Of a DNA stretch of 64,000 bases, positions 24,977-44,604 are shown in pieces. Source of the DNA: Bugula neritina (lineage: Eukaryota; Animalia; Bryozoa). The stretch is taken from contig OZ037769.1 in assembly GCA_964035545.1 (NCBI GenBank), forward strand, positions 124,001 to 188,000, given 5' to 3'. The stretch's first letter is position 1; each line of letters opens with the position of its first letter. Position numbers and translations under genes: made by a program. The notes under the pieces were generated by a model. The model saw nothing but the letters and a program-made list of their open reading frames with translations. It did no database searches and was not told the DNA's origin.

Positions 24977-25990
24977 GTTTCCTAACTTCCTAGTCTAAGT
25001 TCCCTATCTTCTTAGTCTAAGTTCCCTAACTTCCTAGTCTGAGTTCCCTAGTCTGAGTTCCCTAACTTCCTAGTCTAAGTTCCCTAACTTCCTACACCGT
25101 AACTGACTTATGGCGACTGGTAGCACCCACTGTGAGTCACGCTGCTACCCCTCAGTCTATTTATATTATTTTATTATCAAGTTTGTAGATATTCAACTAT
25201 TTTTGACTTTGTTTATTTTCTGTTAATTGAAACTACTTTTTCTGATGATACTAATGACCTATTGAACTTTACTAATGACCTATTGAACTTTACTAATGAC
25301 CTATTGAACTTTATTAACTGAGCTCAATTTTGTGAATATTTTTATATTTGTGTTTCGGTGCTGTGTATGAGAATTAGCAACAGATTTCCTGGTTTATGTA
25401 ATGTACAGCAACACATGTTTTATTGTGTAGTTTCCTTTGATATTCCCTGGTTTATGTAATGTACAGCAAGATTATCTCTCTACTTTTGTCTCATATTACT
25501 CCTAAAACCTATGAATAAATCTGTTTTTTCACAACTAGCTCTGCTCTGTAATTGTGTATAGAGAACATAGAAATATTTATTGTGTATAGAGAACATAGAA
25601 ATATTTATTGTGTATAGAATACATAGAAATATTTATTGTGTATAGAATACATAGAAATATTTATTGTGTATAGAATACATAGAAATATTTATTGTGTATA
25701 GAATACATAGCAATATTTATTGTGTATAGAATACATAGAAATATTTATTGTGTATAGAGAACATAGAAATATTTATTGTGTATAGAATACATAGAAATAT
25801 TTATTGTGTATAGAATACATAGAAATATTTATTGTGTATAGAATACATAGCAATATTTATTGTGTATAGAATACATAGAAATATTTATTGTGTATAGAAT
25901 ACATAGAAATATTTATTGTGTATAGAATACATAGCAATATTTATTGTGTATAGAATACATAGAAATATTTATTGTGTATAGAATACATAT
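24948..25990. repeat. 3' arrays between ANKLE1 and PRDM14: ~22-bp (24948-25093, spans the stop codon), 21-bp x3 (25250-25315), 28-bp (25551-25990)
   Basis: AGTCTGAGTTCCCTAACTTCCT; ACTAATGACCTATTGAACTTT; ATTGTGTATAGAATACATAGAAATATTT. Confidence 0.9.
25514..25519 (+). terminator. Candidate polyadenylation signal of ANKLE1
   Basis: AATAAA ~540 nt after the stop, followed by a T-rich tract. Confidence 0.4.
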
Positions 25991-26168
25991 AATAAATATT
26001 TAAGCTAAGTGAATTATGTAAAGTATTTGTAGCAAATAAATAGAATAGCTGAAGTATTACACAGAAAGGTGATGCGGTCATTCTACTAGAACAGAGTTTC
26101 TGCTCACGTCTATCTGTGGTGTCAGGGGGGATAATCTCTCTGTGGTGTCAGGGGGACAATCCCAGTGC

Positions 26169-31606
<5,438 letters not shown>

Positions 31607-32634
31607 GGTGTGTGTAAAGTTAAGTTTCCTGTGATACCAGCAGAGTGGTGGAATAGTGGACAGCAGGATACTTATATACACCAGAATGTACCAACAGTTG
31701 TTTTTATAACAACCTAGATGACATTGTTACATTGGTTACAATACAAAGGGCATGTTTCATTGACTATTTCTATACAAATACCTTTAGTTTTAGGTAATTT
31801 CAATTATCTATGCTGAAATAATAGAACGGGAAGAATAGATAAGAATAGGATGGCTGTAGCTATTGTCTTGCTATAATTGGGGGTCTAGCTACAGGGTAGG
31901 GGAGTAGAGTATTACCTCAAGAGCTGAGCAATAATCGATATGATGACTTGCAATGAATGGAGTAGAGAGAATAGAGATTAGCAGCTCATACTGTAGTCGC
32001 CATTTGTTTAATTAGTTGTTTAACGATTTTGTCACTAACCAATGGTTACGAATAAATAGGATGGAAGGGCTATTGTCACAGTACAATAATGTAACATGCT
32101 ATTCTTTACATCTCACTGCAGGTGAGTTATCAGTTTATCAATTATAGGAATGTGAGATAATTAAGATATGGAGAGAGAAGTTACCTTGTAGATATGTAAG
32201 GTAATACTCAACTACACAAACTGTGGACATTCTTGTTGTAAATGGAATCAGTAAGTTGCTCTTACACAGAATAAACAAACAGCATCCTTCAAGCAGGAAA
32301 CGCATGAATACTTGCATTAACAGAGTTAGATTATGTTTATTAGAATAAAGTAACATAATATATAATATATTGTAATAAAAGTAAAATACTTGAATTAGCA
32401 AAAAGGTTGAGCAAAGAGAATTGCAGTACTGCATGTCAATGCAGTGTTACAGGAACAGGCAATGTGTTACTAACAAAGTAAACACTACTTCCTTCACACT
32501 GTACTTTGACAATGCAAAATAATGACACCAAATCTAGCAAAGTGCAAAAGCTGTGAAAATGTTCTAAAAACTAAGAGAAAATATACTTTAAGAAGGAATG
32601 GAGAATATAATATTATACAATACAGTATTCTACT

Positions 32635-34270
32635 ATTTTAAGGGGTGGATATGCTGTAGAATATTTTAAGGGGTGTATATACTTTAGAATATTCTAAGGA
32701 GTGGAGATACTTTATAATATTTTAAGGGGTGGATAAAATGTAAAATATTCTAAGGGGTGCATATATTGTAGAATTTTCTAGGGGTGGATATACTGTAGAA
32801 TACTTTAAGGGGTGAAGATACTGTATAACATTCTAAGGGGTGTACATATTGTAGGTGTTAGGGGGTAGACATAGGTAACTTCTGTGGCATCTGGTCTATT
32901 TTATTGAAGGGGTTACAAGGGGGCACTGTGGTTATCATCTTGGACATGGCAGCATCTCTTTTGTAGACTGAGGACAGTGTGTCAGCAGGCATTGACCTAA
33001 AATACACACTTTATACGCTGTATATACTCTACTACCTACGTACTGTGTACTATACTATATACTATGTACTATACTATACTATATACTATACTATATACTA
33101 TACTATATACTCTCTATACTATACTATACTATATACTATACTATGTACTATACTATACTATACTATGTACTATACTGTGTACTATACTGTGTACTATACT
33201 ATACTATGTACTGTACTATGTACTGTACTGTGTACTATACTATACTATACTATGTACTATACTATATACTATACTATACTATACTATGTACTATACTATG
33301 TACTATACTATACTCTACTAACTACATACTATGTACTATACTATACTATGTACTATACTATACTATATACTATACTATGTACTGTACTATACTCTGTAGT
33401 AATACTATACTATACTATATACTATACTATACTATGTACTATACTATACTATGTACTATACTATACACTATACTATACTATGTACTGTACTATACTCTGT
33501 AGTAATACTATACTATACTATACTATACTATACTATGTACTATACTATACTATATACTATACTGTGTACTATACTATACTATATACTAAACTACGCAGTC
33601 ATAAAGTGAGCAACTCACTGGTGAACTGAGCCCGTAGTCGTCTGAAGTGTCGGAGTGGAAACCTTCTCTGAAGTCTCACGAAATCTCACAGATGGCGTTG
33701 AAGCGAATGTCTTACTTCTGTACAGCGTGCAGCCCGTGTAGCCAGGAATGTTGGGTCGACTGCATAATATATCACTTTATATTGTATTATATTACTTTAT
33801 ATTGTATTATATTACTTTATATTGTATTATAATACTTTAAATTGTATTATATTACTTTATATTGTATTATATTACTTTATATTGTATTATAATACTTTAA
33901 ATTGTATTATATTACTTTATATTGTATTATATTACTTTATATTGTATTATATTACATTATATTGTATTATATTACTTTATATTGTATTATAATACTTTAT
34001 ATTGTATTATATTACTTTTTATTGTATTATATTACTTTATATTGTATTATATCACTTTATATTGTATTATATTACTTTTTATTGTATTATAATACTTTAT
34101 ATTGTATTATTATATTACTTTATATTGTAATATATTACTTGATACTGTATTATATTACTTTATATTGTATTATATTACTTAATGTTGTATTTTAATACTT
34201 TATATTGCAATATACTACTTTATATTGTATTAAAATACTTTATACTGTAATATATTTCTTTATAGTATAA
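32635..34270. repeat. SPATA48-like 3' arrays: diverged ~28-bp (32635-32865), (TACTA)n (33040-33590), 20-bp (33770-34270)
   Basis: TTTTAAGGGGTGGATATACTGTAGAATA; TACTA; ATATTGTATTATATTACTTT. Confidence 0.85.
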
Positions 34271-37200
34271 CATATAACAATATAGTATAGCACATTACAA
34301 TATAACGTACCACTAAATAATGTGTTGGACATTTACAACGTATGAGAAGATAACTCCCCGACTATTGATCAGAGAGGAAAGACAACTCCACACACTTTCT
34401 CTGCTACTAAATAATCATGTATAGAATGAACAGAACTTGACTCACTGTGAAGTCTCCGCCTCTCTAGGAATATTCACTCTCTTTACTGTATAAGGTGAGA
34501 AACTGGTCTTCTGATTGTCAATTTCATCGAGATTATCTGCCCCTACGCACCCCCTGTAACACATAGCGGAGTGAGACACCTAGCCTTAGCACCTAAAAAG
34601 AGCTGTGTGTGTGTGTTTGTGAGGAGGTTGATACGTACCCGTACAATGGTATGTGTTGTGCTCGCGGCGCTGGACTTGTACTAAAAGTAAAAATGTGAGC
34701 CACTTGACCAGAAAAATCAGCAAAACAGGAAAAGGTGACAAATTATATGCAATTCACAGCCAATCAAATTACACTTCAGCTCAGAGTTAAATCTAATTGG
34801 CTAGTTTCTAGTACACCAGCCCTCATCTGATTACTAAGCTAACAGTTACACTGGTTATTATACTGGGTCGTGTCACACAGTAGATGACAACTCCAAACTG
34901 TCAGGGAATACTCACTAGTCTATCCACTGAGGGTTCTTATAGTATCCGTTGCGAGTCTGAAACCAGTCCCAGGACTTGCCGACCAGCTGGTATTCCTGGG
35001 CATTTGGCACGTATCTCTTGAGTTTGTATCGCTGGTCCACTTGGTCCGGCTTGGGTTCTAGAGTCGTTACAGGGGCCCATTGTTTGGGGGCTAGCAAGTT
35101 GTCCCAAGGTACATCTTCATATTGTCTACAGGAACATTCAGCAAAATATTATAGAGATGAAGAAACTGATATATAGCGAGGATATATAGTGAGGATATAT
35201 AGTGAGGATATATAGTGAGGATATATAAAGGAGGATATATAAAGGAGGATATATAAAGGAGGATATATAAAGGAGGATATATAGTGAGGATATATAGAGA
35301 GGATACATAGTGAGGATATATAGAGAGGATACATAGAGAGGATATATAGTGAGGATATATAGTGAGGATATATAGAGAGGATACATAGAGAGGATATATA
35401 TATAGAGGATATACAGTGAGGATATACAGTGAGGATATATATATAGAGGATATATAGTGAGGATATATAGTGAGGATATATAGTGAGGATATATAAAGGA
35501 GGATATATAAAGGAGGATATATAAAGGAGGATATATAAAGGAGGATATATAGTGAGGATATATAGAGAGGATACATAGTGAGGATATATAGAGAGGATAC
35601 ATAGAGAGGATATATAGTGAGGATATATAGTGAGGATATATAGAGAGGATACATAGAGAGGATATATATATAGAGGATATACAGTGAGGATATACAGTGA
35701 GGATATATAGTGAGGATATATAGTGAGGATATATAGTGAGGATATATAATGAGGATATATAGTGAGGATATATAGTGAGGATATACAGTGAGGATATATA
35801 TATAGAGGGTATATAGTGAGGATATACAGTGAGGATATATAGTGAGGATATATAGAGGGTATATAGTGAGGATATACAGTGAGGATATATAGTGAGGATA
35901 TATAGTGAGGATATATAGTGAGGATATATAGTGAGGATATATAATGAGGATATATAGTGAGGATATATAGTGAGGATATACAGTGAGGATATATATATAG
36001 AGGGTATATAGTGAGGATATACAGTGAGGATATATAGTGAGGATATATAGAGAGGATATATAGTGAGGATATCCAGAGGAGGAGATACATAAAATATATA
36101 TTATAGAAGGATATAGAAAAGACTAACTGTTGGGTAGAAGACTTGTACATGTACTGTAGAGCCAGCTTTTCTCTCAGATCTTGTTTGGGATCCTGTAAAA
36201 AAGTTAGAAGAAATCAGCAATAGTACTACTAGTACCATTTCTATCACTAGTAGTAGCGCTACTGCTACTAGTACTACTACTATTACTAGTGGTAGTAATA
36301 ATACTAGTAGTAATATTACTAGCACTACTACTACCACTAGTAGCAGTAGTGCTAGTAGCAGCATAGGTACAAATGAACAATATTACAAACTTACAGTAAC
36401 AGAGTAGTAGTAGTAGTAGCAGTAGTAGTAGTAGTAGTAGTAGTACTAGTACTAATAGTACTAGTAGTAGTATAAGTAGTATAAGTAGTACAAATATTAG
36501 AAACTTACAGTAACAGAACCACTCGACTGCAAAGATTTCCGAGGATCTTGATCACTTGTCCAGCCTGAAAGAAATGAAAAACGTTAACTAATCATTTAAC
36601 TTAGTGTAAGTTCTAAGCTATGCAATTAAAACCTATGCTACTATGCAATTAAAACCTATGCTAATATGCAATTTGGTAGTTATTTAATTTATTATACTAC
36701 TAGTATTTGAATATGTCTTTGAATATGGCTTTTAGATTCACCAAGAACCATTCTTGTACAATTTAAAAGCTTCAAATGAGATTGACTGACGATCTGATCC
36801 GCTTGATATTCGAAATAATGTACATCTTGAGAAGAAAACAAGATGAGCAGCCGAAATATGTTTCACAATCACATTCTTTGACGAAAGCGGTTTCGCTACA
36901 GGGGGTGATATGATTTGTTTGTAATTAAACATTTAACTATGTCAGCCCCAGGTGATGGGAAAACAGCAACAGAGTGACTGAGCTACACAATGCAGGCAGT
37001 TATTGGGTGAATGAATTCACATCTTGGTGTGTGGGTAAACTTACCACCAACTTTGGCTCTTGTAGAAATGTCTAATGTTCTTCTACTATTCCAAAGTGAA
37101 GGGGTGGGTGGTGCGTGTCGACTTTCTCTCTGCAGTTCTGAAGGTGCGGAGGCCGGCATTCTGATAGAGTTTCTATGGCGAGGTACATGGTCTTGTGGAT

Positions 37201-39175
37201 GGTCAGAGACATGAATGAAGTTTTTCAACTACAATACATCAGACAGTCAGTAGTAGAGATATTACAATACATCAGACAGTCAGTAGTAGTGATATTACAA
37301 TACATCAGACAGTCAGTAGTAGAGATATTACAATACATCAGACAGTCAGTAGTAGTGATATTACAATACATCAGACAGTCAGTAGTAGTGATATTACAAT
37401 ACATCAGACAGTGAGTAGTAGTGATATTACAATACATCAGACAGTGAGTAGTAGTGATATTACAATACATCAGACAGTGAGTAGTAGTGATACTACAATA
37501 CATCAGACAGTCAGTAGTAGTGATATTACAATACATCAGACAGTCAGTAGTAGTGATATTACAATACATCAGACAGTCAGTAGTAGAGATATTACAATAC
37601 ATCAGACAGTCAGTAGTAGAGATATTACAATACATCAGACAGTGAGTAGTAGTGATATTACAATACATCAGACAGTCAGTAGTAGTGATATTACAATACA
37701 TCAGACAGTGAGTAGTAGTGATATTACAATACATCAGACAGTGAGTAGTAGTGATATTACAATACATCAGACAGTCAGTAGTAGTGATATTACAATACAT
37801 CAGACAGTCAGTAGTAGTGATATTACAATACATCAGACAGTCAGTAGTAGAGATATTACAATACATCAGACAGTCAGTAGTAGAGATATTACAATACATC
37901 AGACAGTGAGTAGTAGTGATATTACAATACATCAGACAGTCAGTAGTAGTGATATTACAATACATCAGACAGTGAGTAGTAGTGATATTACAATACATCA
38001 GACAGTGAGTAGTAGTGATATTACAATACATCAGACAGTCAGTAGTAGTGATATTACAATACATTAGACAGTGAGTAGTAGTGATATTACAATGTATATT
38101 GGTAGTAGAAATACTCGACTGTGTACTAGTAGTACCTAGTAATACTAGACTGTGTATTAGTAGTAGTGATACTATACTATGTACTAGTAGTAGTTATACT
38201 ACACTGTATACTAGCAGTAGAGATACTAGACTGTGTACTAGTAGTACCTAGTAATACTATACTGTGTATTAGTAGTAGTTATACTATACTATGTACTAGT
38301 AGTAGTTATACTACACTGTATACTAGCAGTAGAGATACTAGACTCTGTACTAGTAGTAGCGACATTAGACTGTGTATTAGTAGTAGTTATACTAAACTGT
38401 GTACTAGTACTAGAGATAATAGACTGTGTACTAGCACTAGTAATATTATACTGTGTACTAATAGTAGTGATACTAGATTGTGTACTAATAGTAGTGATCT
38501 TAAGCTGTGTATTAGTAGTAGATACTAGACTGTGTATTAGTACTAGTGATACTAGACTGTATACTAGTAGTAGAGATACTACACTGTGTCCTAGTAGTAG
38601 TGATACTAAACTGTGTACTAGTAGTAGGGACATCATTATCATTATGATATATTAGACTGCATCAATTTGAATTTGCTAGTAGTAGAGATACTAGCCTATT
38701 AGTATCAGTGCTAGTTACTATTCTAGTCTAATAATCACTTAATCTGAACACTTAGCAAAAAGCCAATGAAGTGGGTAGCTATCCATTGTACAGTAGACTG
38801 TATAGGTTATAAAGCTAACGCAAAACTTACTTTAGAGACTCCAGTCTGCCTCTGAACGTCAGCACCGGCACTGATGAAACCGGACACCGGATCTACTAGG
38901 TTGCCATAGTATCGGGTAGGATGAGGTGCTCGATATTCGCCCGAGTCGTTGTATTTGACAAAGCCAGAGTCAGTGGTTGACTCACTCAGGCTTTTCTGTG
39001 TTTTGCTTCCCATCATTGACGGGAACTTGAGCTGACGTGCTCGCCGTCTTGCCTCATTTGCCTCTACTGCGTCTAAGCCTGCATTTTGATCAGTCTGAAT
39101 ATAAGCTTTGAAGTTGGGACGTGTTTTAAAAGTAGAGTCAGAAAGTGTGGGACCTAGAGCTACTACTTGTGCCAT
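32858..39175 (-). CDS. SPATA48: SPATA48/SPMIP7 (C7orf72)-like sperm/ciliary microtubule inner protein, 429 aa. Exons 39175-38831, 37228-37045, 36564-36509, 36192-36128, 35125-34916, 34680-34639, 34553-34446, 33759-33619, 32996-32858
   Basis: Nine in-phase GT-AG exons. Motifs KVGGWTS, YKSSTQQQYEDVPWDNLLAPK, LKRY, WDWFQTR, HIPLYGGCVG, HRPNIPGYTG and SKMITTVPPCNPFN, recalled from the SPATA48 family. X-box upstream. Confidence 0.75.
35168..36075. repeat. 13-bp minisatellite
   Basis: Unit GAGGATATATAGT. Confidence 0.95.
37229..38630. repeat. 33-bp minisatellite (~26 copies, 37229-38095) followed by a diverged ~27-30-bp array
   Basis: Unit ACAATACATCAGACAGTCAGTAGTAGTGATATT. Confidence 0.95.
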
Positions 39176-39279
39176 AATGAGTGTCTAGTCGGCCAGTAGT
39201 CAAATTCCCTGTACTTGCACCTGCACTCACGATTATAATATCATGAACTTTACGCCGTGGTATCTAGTCACATTGAGTG

Positions 39280-39294
39280 GTTGCTACGGGAAAC
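39280..39294. promoter_or_regulatory. RFX X-box upstream of the SPATA48-like gene
   Basis: GTTGCTACGGGAAAC, ~105 bp upstream of the ATG; typical position for ciliary genes. Confidence 0.55.
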
Positions 39295-39824
39295 AGGAAA
39301 CGGCTATTTAGCTACAATTAATTTTCTTTTTGCCTAAACAATAATTTAATATAAAATTTCAATGAATTGTTTTTGATTTTAAAAAATAAACAGAACTATT
39401 GCTTTTTATCAATGTTTATATATATTCAGTAGTTATTTGAGAGTATAAAAATATTACTAAGAGAAGACAATGCTTATCATGACAAACTTGTTACCAATAA
39501 CCTCCTCGTGTGCACATACTAAAATTTTCTAACCGCGATCTATCACACACTGATAATATATTATTTCCACACTACATCTCTCTAAGTATGCAACATGAAT
39601 TTTATTAAGTTAAGCTGAGAAACAAATAATTCCGTTAAAATAGAGACAGAAAAAATATTGCAAATATTCAACAGCAAAAACAGCAAAAACAGAACAGATA
39701 ATATGTATAATATACAACAAAGAGAACCATAATTTGTAACATGCAAAAAAGTTGTAAGCATATTACATTGTCCAGATTCTGAAATGCAAAATATATATGC
39801 TAGGATTCAGGACATATTATCGAA

Positions 39825-40753
39825 ATATGGAATATAATATTGGAATGTAGTATGGAATTATAGAATATAAATACTGGAATGTAGTATGGAAATATAGAAT
39901 ATAAATACTGGAATGTAGTATGGAAATACAGAATATAAATACTGGAATGTAGTATGGAAATATAGAATATAAATACTGGAATGTAGTAGAGATGGCATAC
40001 TAATGACAACGTAACTTGAAACACAAAACTGAAAACAGAATATCTCATGAAATGAGACAGTCTTAGAGTCAATAAACTAGATGGCACATCATCTACAACA
40101 GATAAACTACGACAACACCCAGAGATAATCTAATTAGTGGAACTGAGATCATCTAAACAGTGGACGATGGAACGACAATTCCATAAAAATTCTAACAACA
40201 TGCACATGACTAGAAGACATTAAAAACTAAAAGAAACACAGTAAACATGTAAGTAGTCTGTACTGGCAGATGTTTGACATGTAGTAGCAGATGGTTGACA
40301 TGTAGTGGCAGATGTTTGACATGTAATGGCAGGTGTTGACATGTAGTGGCAAGTGGTTGACATGTAGTAGCAGGTGGTTGACATGTAGTAGCAGATGGTT
40401 AACATGTAGTAGCAGGTGGTTGACATGTAGTAGCAAGTGGTTGACATGTAGTGGCAAGTAGTTGATACATCGAGGTAGTAAACAGCTGCAGGAGTTAGGA
40501 AGATATAGACTCTCCTCTATAGACAACACTATTCTTATCAGTCTCGTGAACTTTAACCTTGTGTAGCAAACTTGCACCAGACAGCTGGGAGGTTTGTAGC
40601 AACTCATTCCAGATGTACACGGCTATATTCTCAGCAGAGCTAACAACAGAATAGCAGTAGAAGTGAAAGGAGATGATAGTAGTAATGGTGGTAGTGGTAG
40701 CTAGTAGCTATTAGTAGTAGTAGTAGTAGTACTAGTAGTAGTAGTAGTAGTAT

Positions 40754-40794
<41 letters not shown>

Positions 40795-42375
40795 GTAGTA
40801 GTATTAGTAGTAGTAGTACTAGTAGTAAACTCACGAAACTCTCTCATGGAAATATTCCACATCTTTATCCAAATTTTTGTGGTCAAGTCTGCCAATGACC
40901 TCCTTGAAAGTAAAACAATTAACAACTATATACTAATATCATATAGTATGATACCATATATTAATATCATATAGTATGACACCATATACTAATATCATAT
41001 AGTATGACACCATATATTAATATCATATAGTATGACACCATATAATATTATCATATAGTATGACACCATATAATATTATCATATAGTATGACACCATATA
41101 ATATTATCATATAGTATGATACCATATACTAATATCATATAGTATGACACCATATAATATTATCATATAGTATGACACCATATAATATTATCATATGGTA
41201 TGACACTATATAATATTATCATATAGTATGACACCATATAATAATATCACATAGTATGATACTATATAATATTATCATATAGTATGATACTATATAATAT
41301 TATCATATAGTATGACACCCTCTTATAATATAAGAAAGAACCATCTAGAAGAATAAAGGAGTAAATCCAGTCACCTGCATAGCCATTTTCAAATCCTGTA
41401 GATTTACCACCATTCCTGTTACGGGGTCAATCGGTCCTTTTAGGGTGACTTTCACTAAAATAGTACCCAGTAAATAGTACATAGTACAGAGTATATAGAG
41501 TAGAGTATATAGAGTAGAGTATATAGAGTAGAGTACATAGAGTAGAGTACATAGAGTAGAGTATATACAATATAGAACACAGAGCGAAGAGTTTATACCT
41601 TTATAGTTATGGCCATGCCCATTGGGGTGGTTACATTTACCAAAGATATCTAGGTTTTCTGCAGGACTCAATTTTACACTGAAAAGACATTGCAAGTAAT
41701 AGTAAGATATCCTATTATTCTGTAATATAAATAACGACATATAATGACATAAATCTTGTTAGTAATAATTATAATATAAGTAATGTAGTAATATTAATAT
41801 AAGTCATATAATTCTAACATAAAGCAATAGCTACCTATTGAGCCTGTGAGCAGCAGAAAAAGACTCAGTTCTTGATATTTCCCCGACTTGGACTATGGTT
41901 GCATCCATCTGATCCCCCACCCTCTTAAAACAGGAGTGGGGTATATAATAATGATGTAATCATATCAATATGTACACTAATAGTAATACTAATAGCATAC
42001 ATTTTGACTTATACACTTACAATACTTTTACTATTAACAACATACACTTACAATACTTTTACTACTAACAACATACACTTACAATGCTAGTACTACTAAC
42101 AACAATCAACATACACTTACAATGCTAGTACTACTAACAACAATCAACATACACTTACAATACCTTTACTACTAACAACATACACTTACAATGCTAGTAC
42201 TACTATAGTACTAACAACAATTAACATACACTTACACAAGTTACAATGCTTCTACTACTAACAGTAAGTGTAACAACATACACTTACAATACATTTACTA
42301 CTAACAACATACACTTACAATGCTAGCAGTAGTACTACTAACAATATGCACTTACAGTGCTAGTACTACTAAAAC
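39825..42375. repeat. PTS-associated arrays: 34-bp (39825-39990), 21-bp (40255-40470), (TAG)n (40700-40826), 28-bp (40930-41320), 14-bp (41480-41570), ~31-38-bp (42010-42375)
   Basis: GGAATGTAGTATGGAAATATAGAATATAAATACT; GTTGACATGTAGTAGCAGGTG; ATCATATAGTATGACACCATATAATATT; AACATACACTTACAATGCTAGTACTACTAAC. Confidence 0.85.
40495..41908 (-). CDS. PTS: 6-pyruvoyl tetrahydrobiopterin synthase, 148 aa. Exons 41908-41835, 41678-41599, 41454-41375, 40902-40835, 40639-40495
   Basis: FSAAHRL, FGKCNHPNGHGHNY, GPIDPVTGMVVNL, LDHKNLDKDV, SSAENIAVYIW, HETDKN; all phases match. Confidence 0.95.
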
Positions 42376-42419
42376 ATAAAGTATAAACTAAAAATAAAAC
42401 TTGAAGCTTGAAAGCACGG

Positions 42420-42660
42420 TTCAGAGACTAGAATTGAGTAAATAATGAGTTTACTACTACGAAAAGTGCTTGAAGCAGCGCCAAGTTGGGTGTGACGGAG
42501 TGCAGAGCTTGTTGTCCAAACGCAAACCCCACATTCACTGCACTTGGTGACTATTGGCTCGGTGCTGTTTCGAACGTTATTTTTTTAAACACTTAATAGC
42601 GCTGTTCTTACTCTAACCAATTTTAATACAATTTATGAGGTATCACAAACTTGCCCCGAT
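42420..42660. promoter_or_regulatory. Probable bidirectional promoter PTS/UXT
   Basis: GC/CpG-richer island between head-to-head genes, with CCAAT boxes (ATTGG ~42553, CCAAT ~42617). Candidate 5'UTR donors on both strands (~42453 minus, ~42640 plus). Confidence 0.5.
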
Positions 42661-43231
42661 AACTAATAAATCGGATAAACGGTTATTTTAACGAGTTTTT
42701 TAATTATGATTATAGATATTTCCAACTGCCATATGGATATTAAATTTTGAAACACCAGCATGAACATGGCAATCAACAAAATTGCGTAACCTTTTATTTT
42801 TGTTTCAATAACTAGTTAATTTTGATGAATTCGCTTTTAGTTTTTTTATGTTATAGTTATCAATATAAATTGCAAAATGAAAATGATGATCTAAAATAGT
42901 TTGAGTAATGTTTTACTTTTGACTTAGTTTCAACTTTGTAATATTAAATTTAATAGTAATACTAATACTAATAGTAATAGTAATACTAATAGTAATAGTA
43001 ATAGTAATACTAATAGTAATAGTAATACTAATGGTAATAATTAAATAATATTAATATTTAAATAATAATATAAAATTAAATATTAATTATAATTTATGTT
43101 AATTAGTATTACTATCAATATTATTACTAATAATATTGTTACTATTACTATTACTATTAGTATTAGTATTACTATTATTACTATTAGTATTACTATTAGT
43201 ATTAATATTACTAAATTAGTATTAGTATTAC

Positions 43232-43860
43232 CAAGTCCCGGAAAATTCTTGGCGGCATCAAGCTATTGATGTATGATGCCCCAAAAGATGCTAAGCTACT
43301 GGCTTATACAAGCCTATGTAGGCCCATACTGATACTCGGTTATGCGGATGTGGTTTGGGATCCTGCGGCTAGAAGTAAGGTGCATGATATAGAGCTGGTC
43401 CAGAACAGTGCTATACGGTTCATAAGCAATATGAAGGGACGTGCTTACAGTGTGTCTGAGGCGAGGGATGAGTTAGGACTCCAGTCGCTGGAAGACAGAC
43501 GAAAAAATCATCGACTGTGTTTATTGACCCAAATTCTTCAAAATGAGAATCAACACCAATCTCTATCTAGAGCCTATGACGAAATAATTGAAGACAGGGG
43601 ACTAGTAACTGTAACCACTCGAGCGGCTGCCAGAGGAGAACTTATCTCTATATCAACTAGGAAAAACATATTCCACACTAGTTTTCTGCCACGAACAATT
43701 CGTGAAATGCGCGAGAGAATATAATTATAATAACTAATTAGTAATTACAAAACGGCAAATGCTGTAACAAGTGCTAACCCTGGTCTAATGTAAGTTGTCA
43801 CTAGAGGTTTCCCCATAGACTTTCCAGTTGCTGCGGAAGTCCTGCCTCAACTGAGGTAAC
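43232..43860 (+). mobile_element. 5'-truncated non-LTR retrotransposon (CR1/L2-group), ORF2 C-terminus plus 3'UTR
   Basis: ORF 43266-43724: KLLAYTSLCRPIL..YADVVWDP..IELVQNSAIRFI..LGLQSLEDRRK..SFLPRTIRE (post-RT thumb region). Possible 15-bp TSD TAGTATTAGTATTAC (43217-43231) / TAGTATCAGTATTAC (43861-43875). Confidence 0.85.
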
Positions 43861-44604
43861 TAGTATCAGTATTACTATTACATTTAAATTTTTTTACTTT
43901 AGTTTGTTAAATTAAATATAACATTAATTGTAAATATATTACTTCATTAGTATGAATATCAATACAAATATAAATATCATTATGACTATCAGCTATCAAA
44001 ATTAATATTTATAATTTAATTTTATAAAATTAGATATAATTTTTTATATTACTATTAGTATTACAGTAATACTATTAGTATTACCAATACTATTAATATT
44101 ATATTTAACAATAAATTAAAATAATAAATGATAAGATTATAATTATTGAATTAATATAGTTATTAATACTATTGATATTAAATTTGATATTCACTCATTT
44201 TCATATTGAATTTAATATTCATACTCAGTTTCACATTGGTATTATATTTCTATAAAATAAAGCATTAGTAATGGTATAAGTATAACTGACAGTTAGTGAG
44301 TTACTAAGTTATGCTTATATATATAAAATTAAAAGTACGGGTCTAGAAATTCGATCTCAATGGCAATATCAATATGAACATGACTATCAATATGAGTGAA
44401 TATCAATATAAATATGATATCAATATAGTCCCAATCTGTAAGCAAAACTATGATTGAATTATTATTATTATTATTCTATCTACTGTCATTGGTAGTTGGA
44501 GTATTGCATGAAATTGATAGTTGAAAAGTTGGTCTATTATTTGTTGTAATTATTAAATGAACGTTTCTGTCATTGTATTCAATAATTCTATCAAACTCAG
44601 AGTG

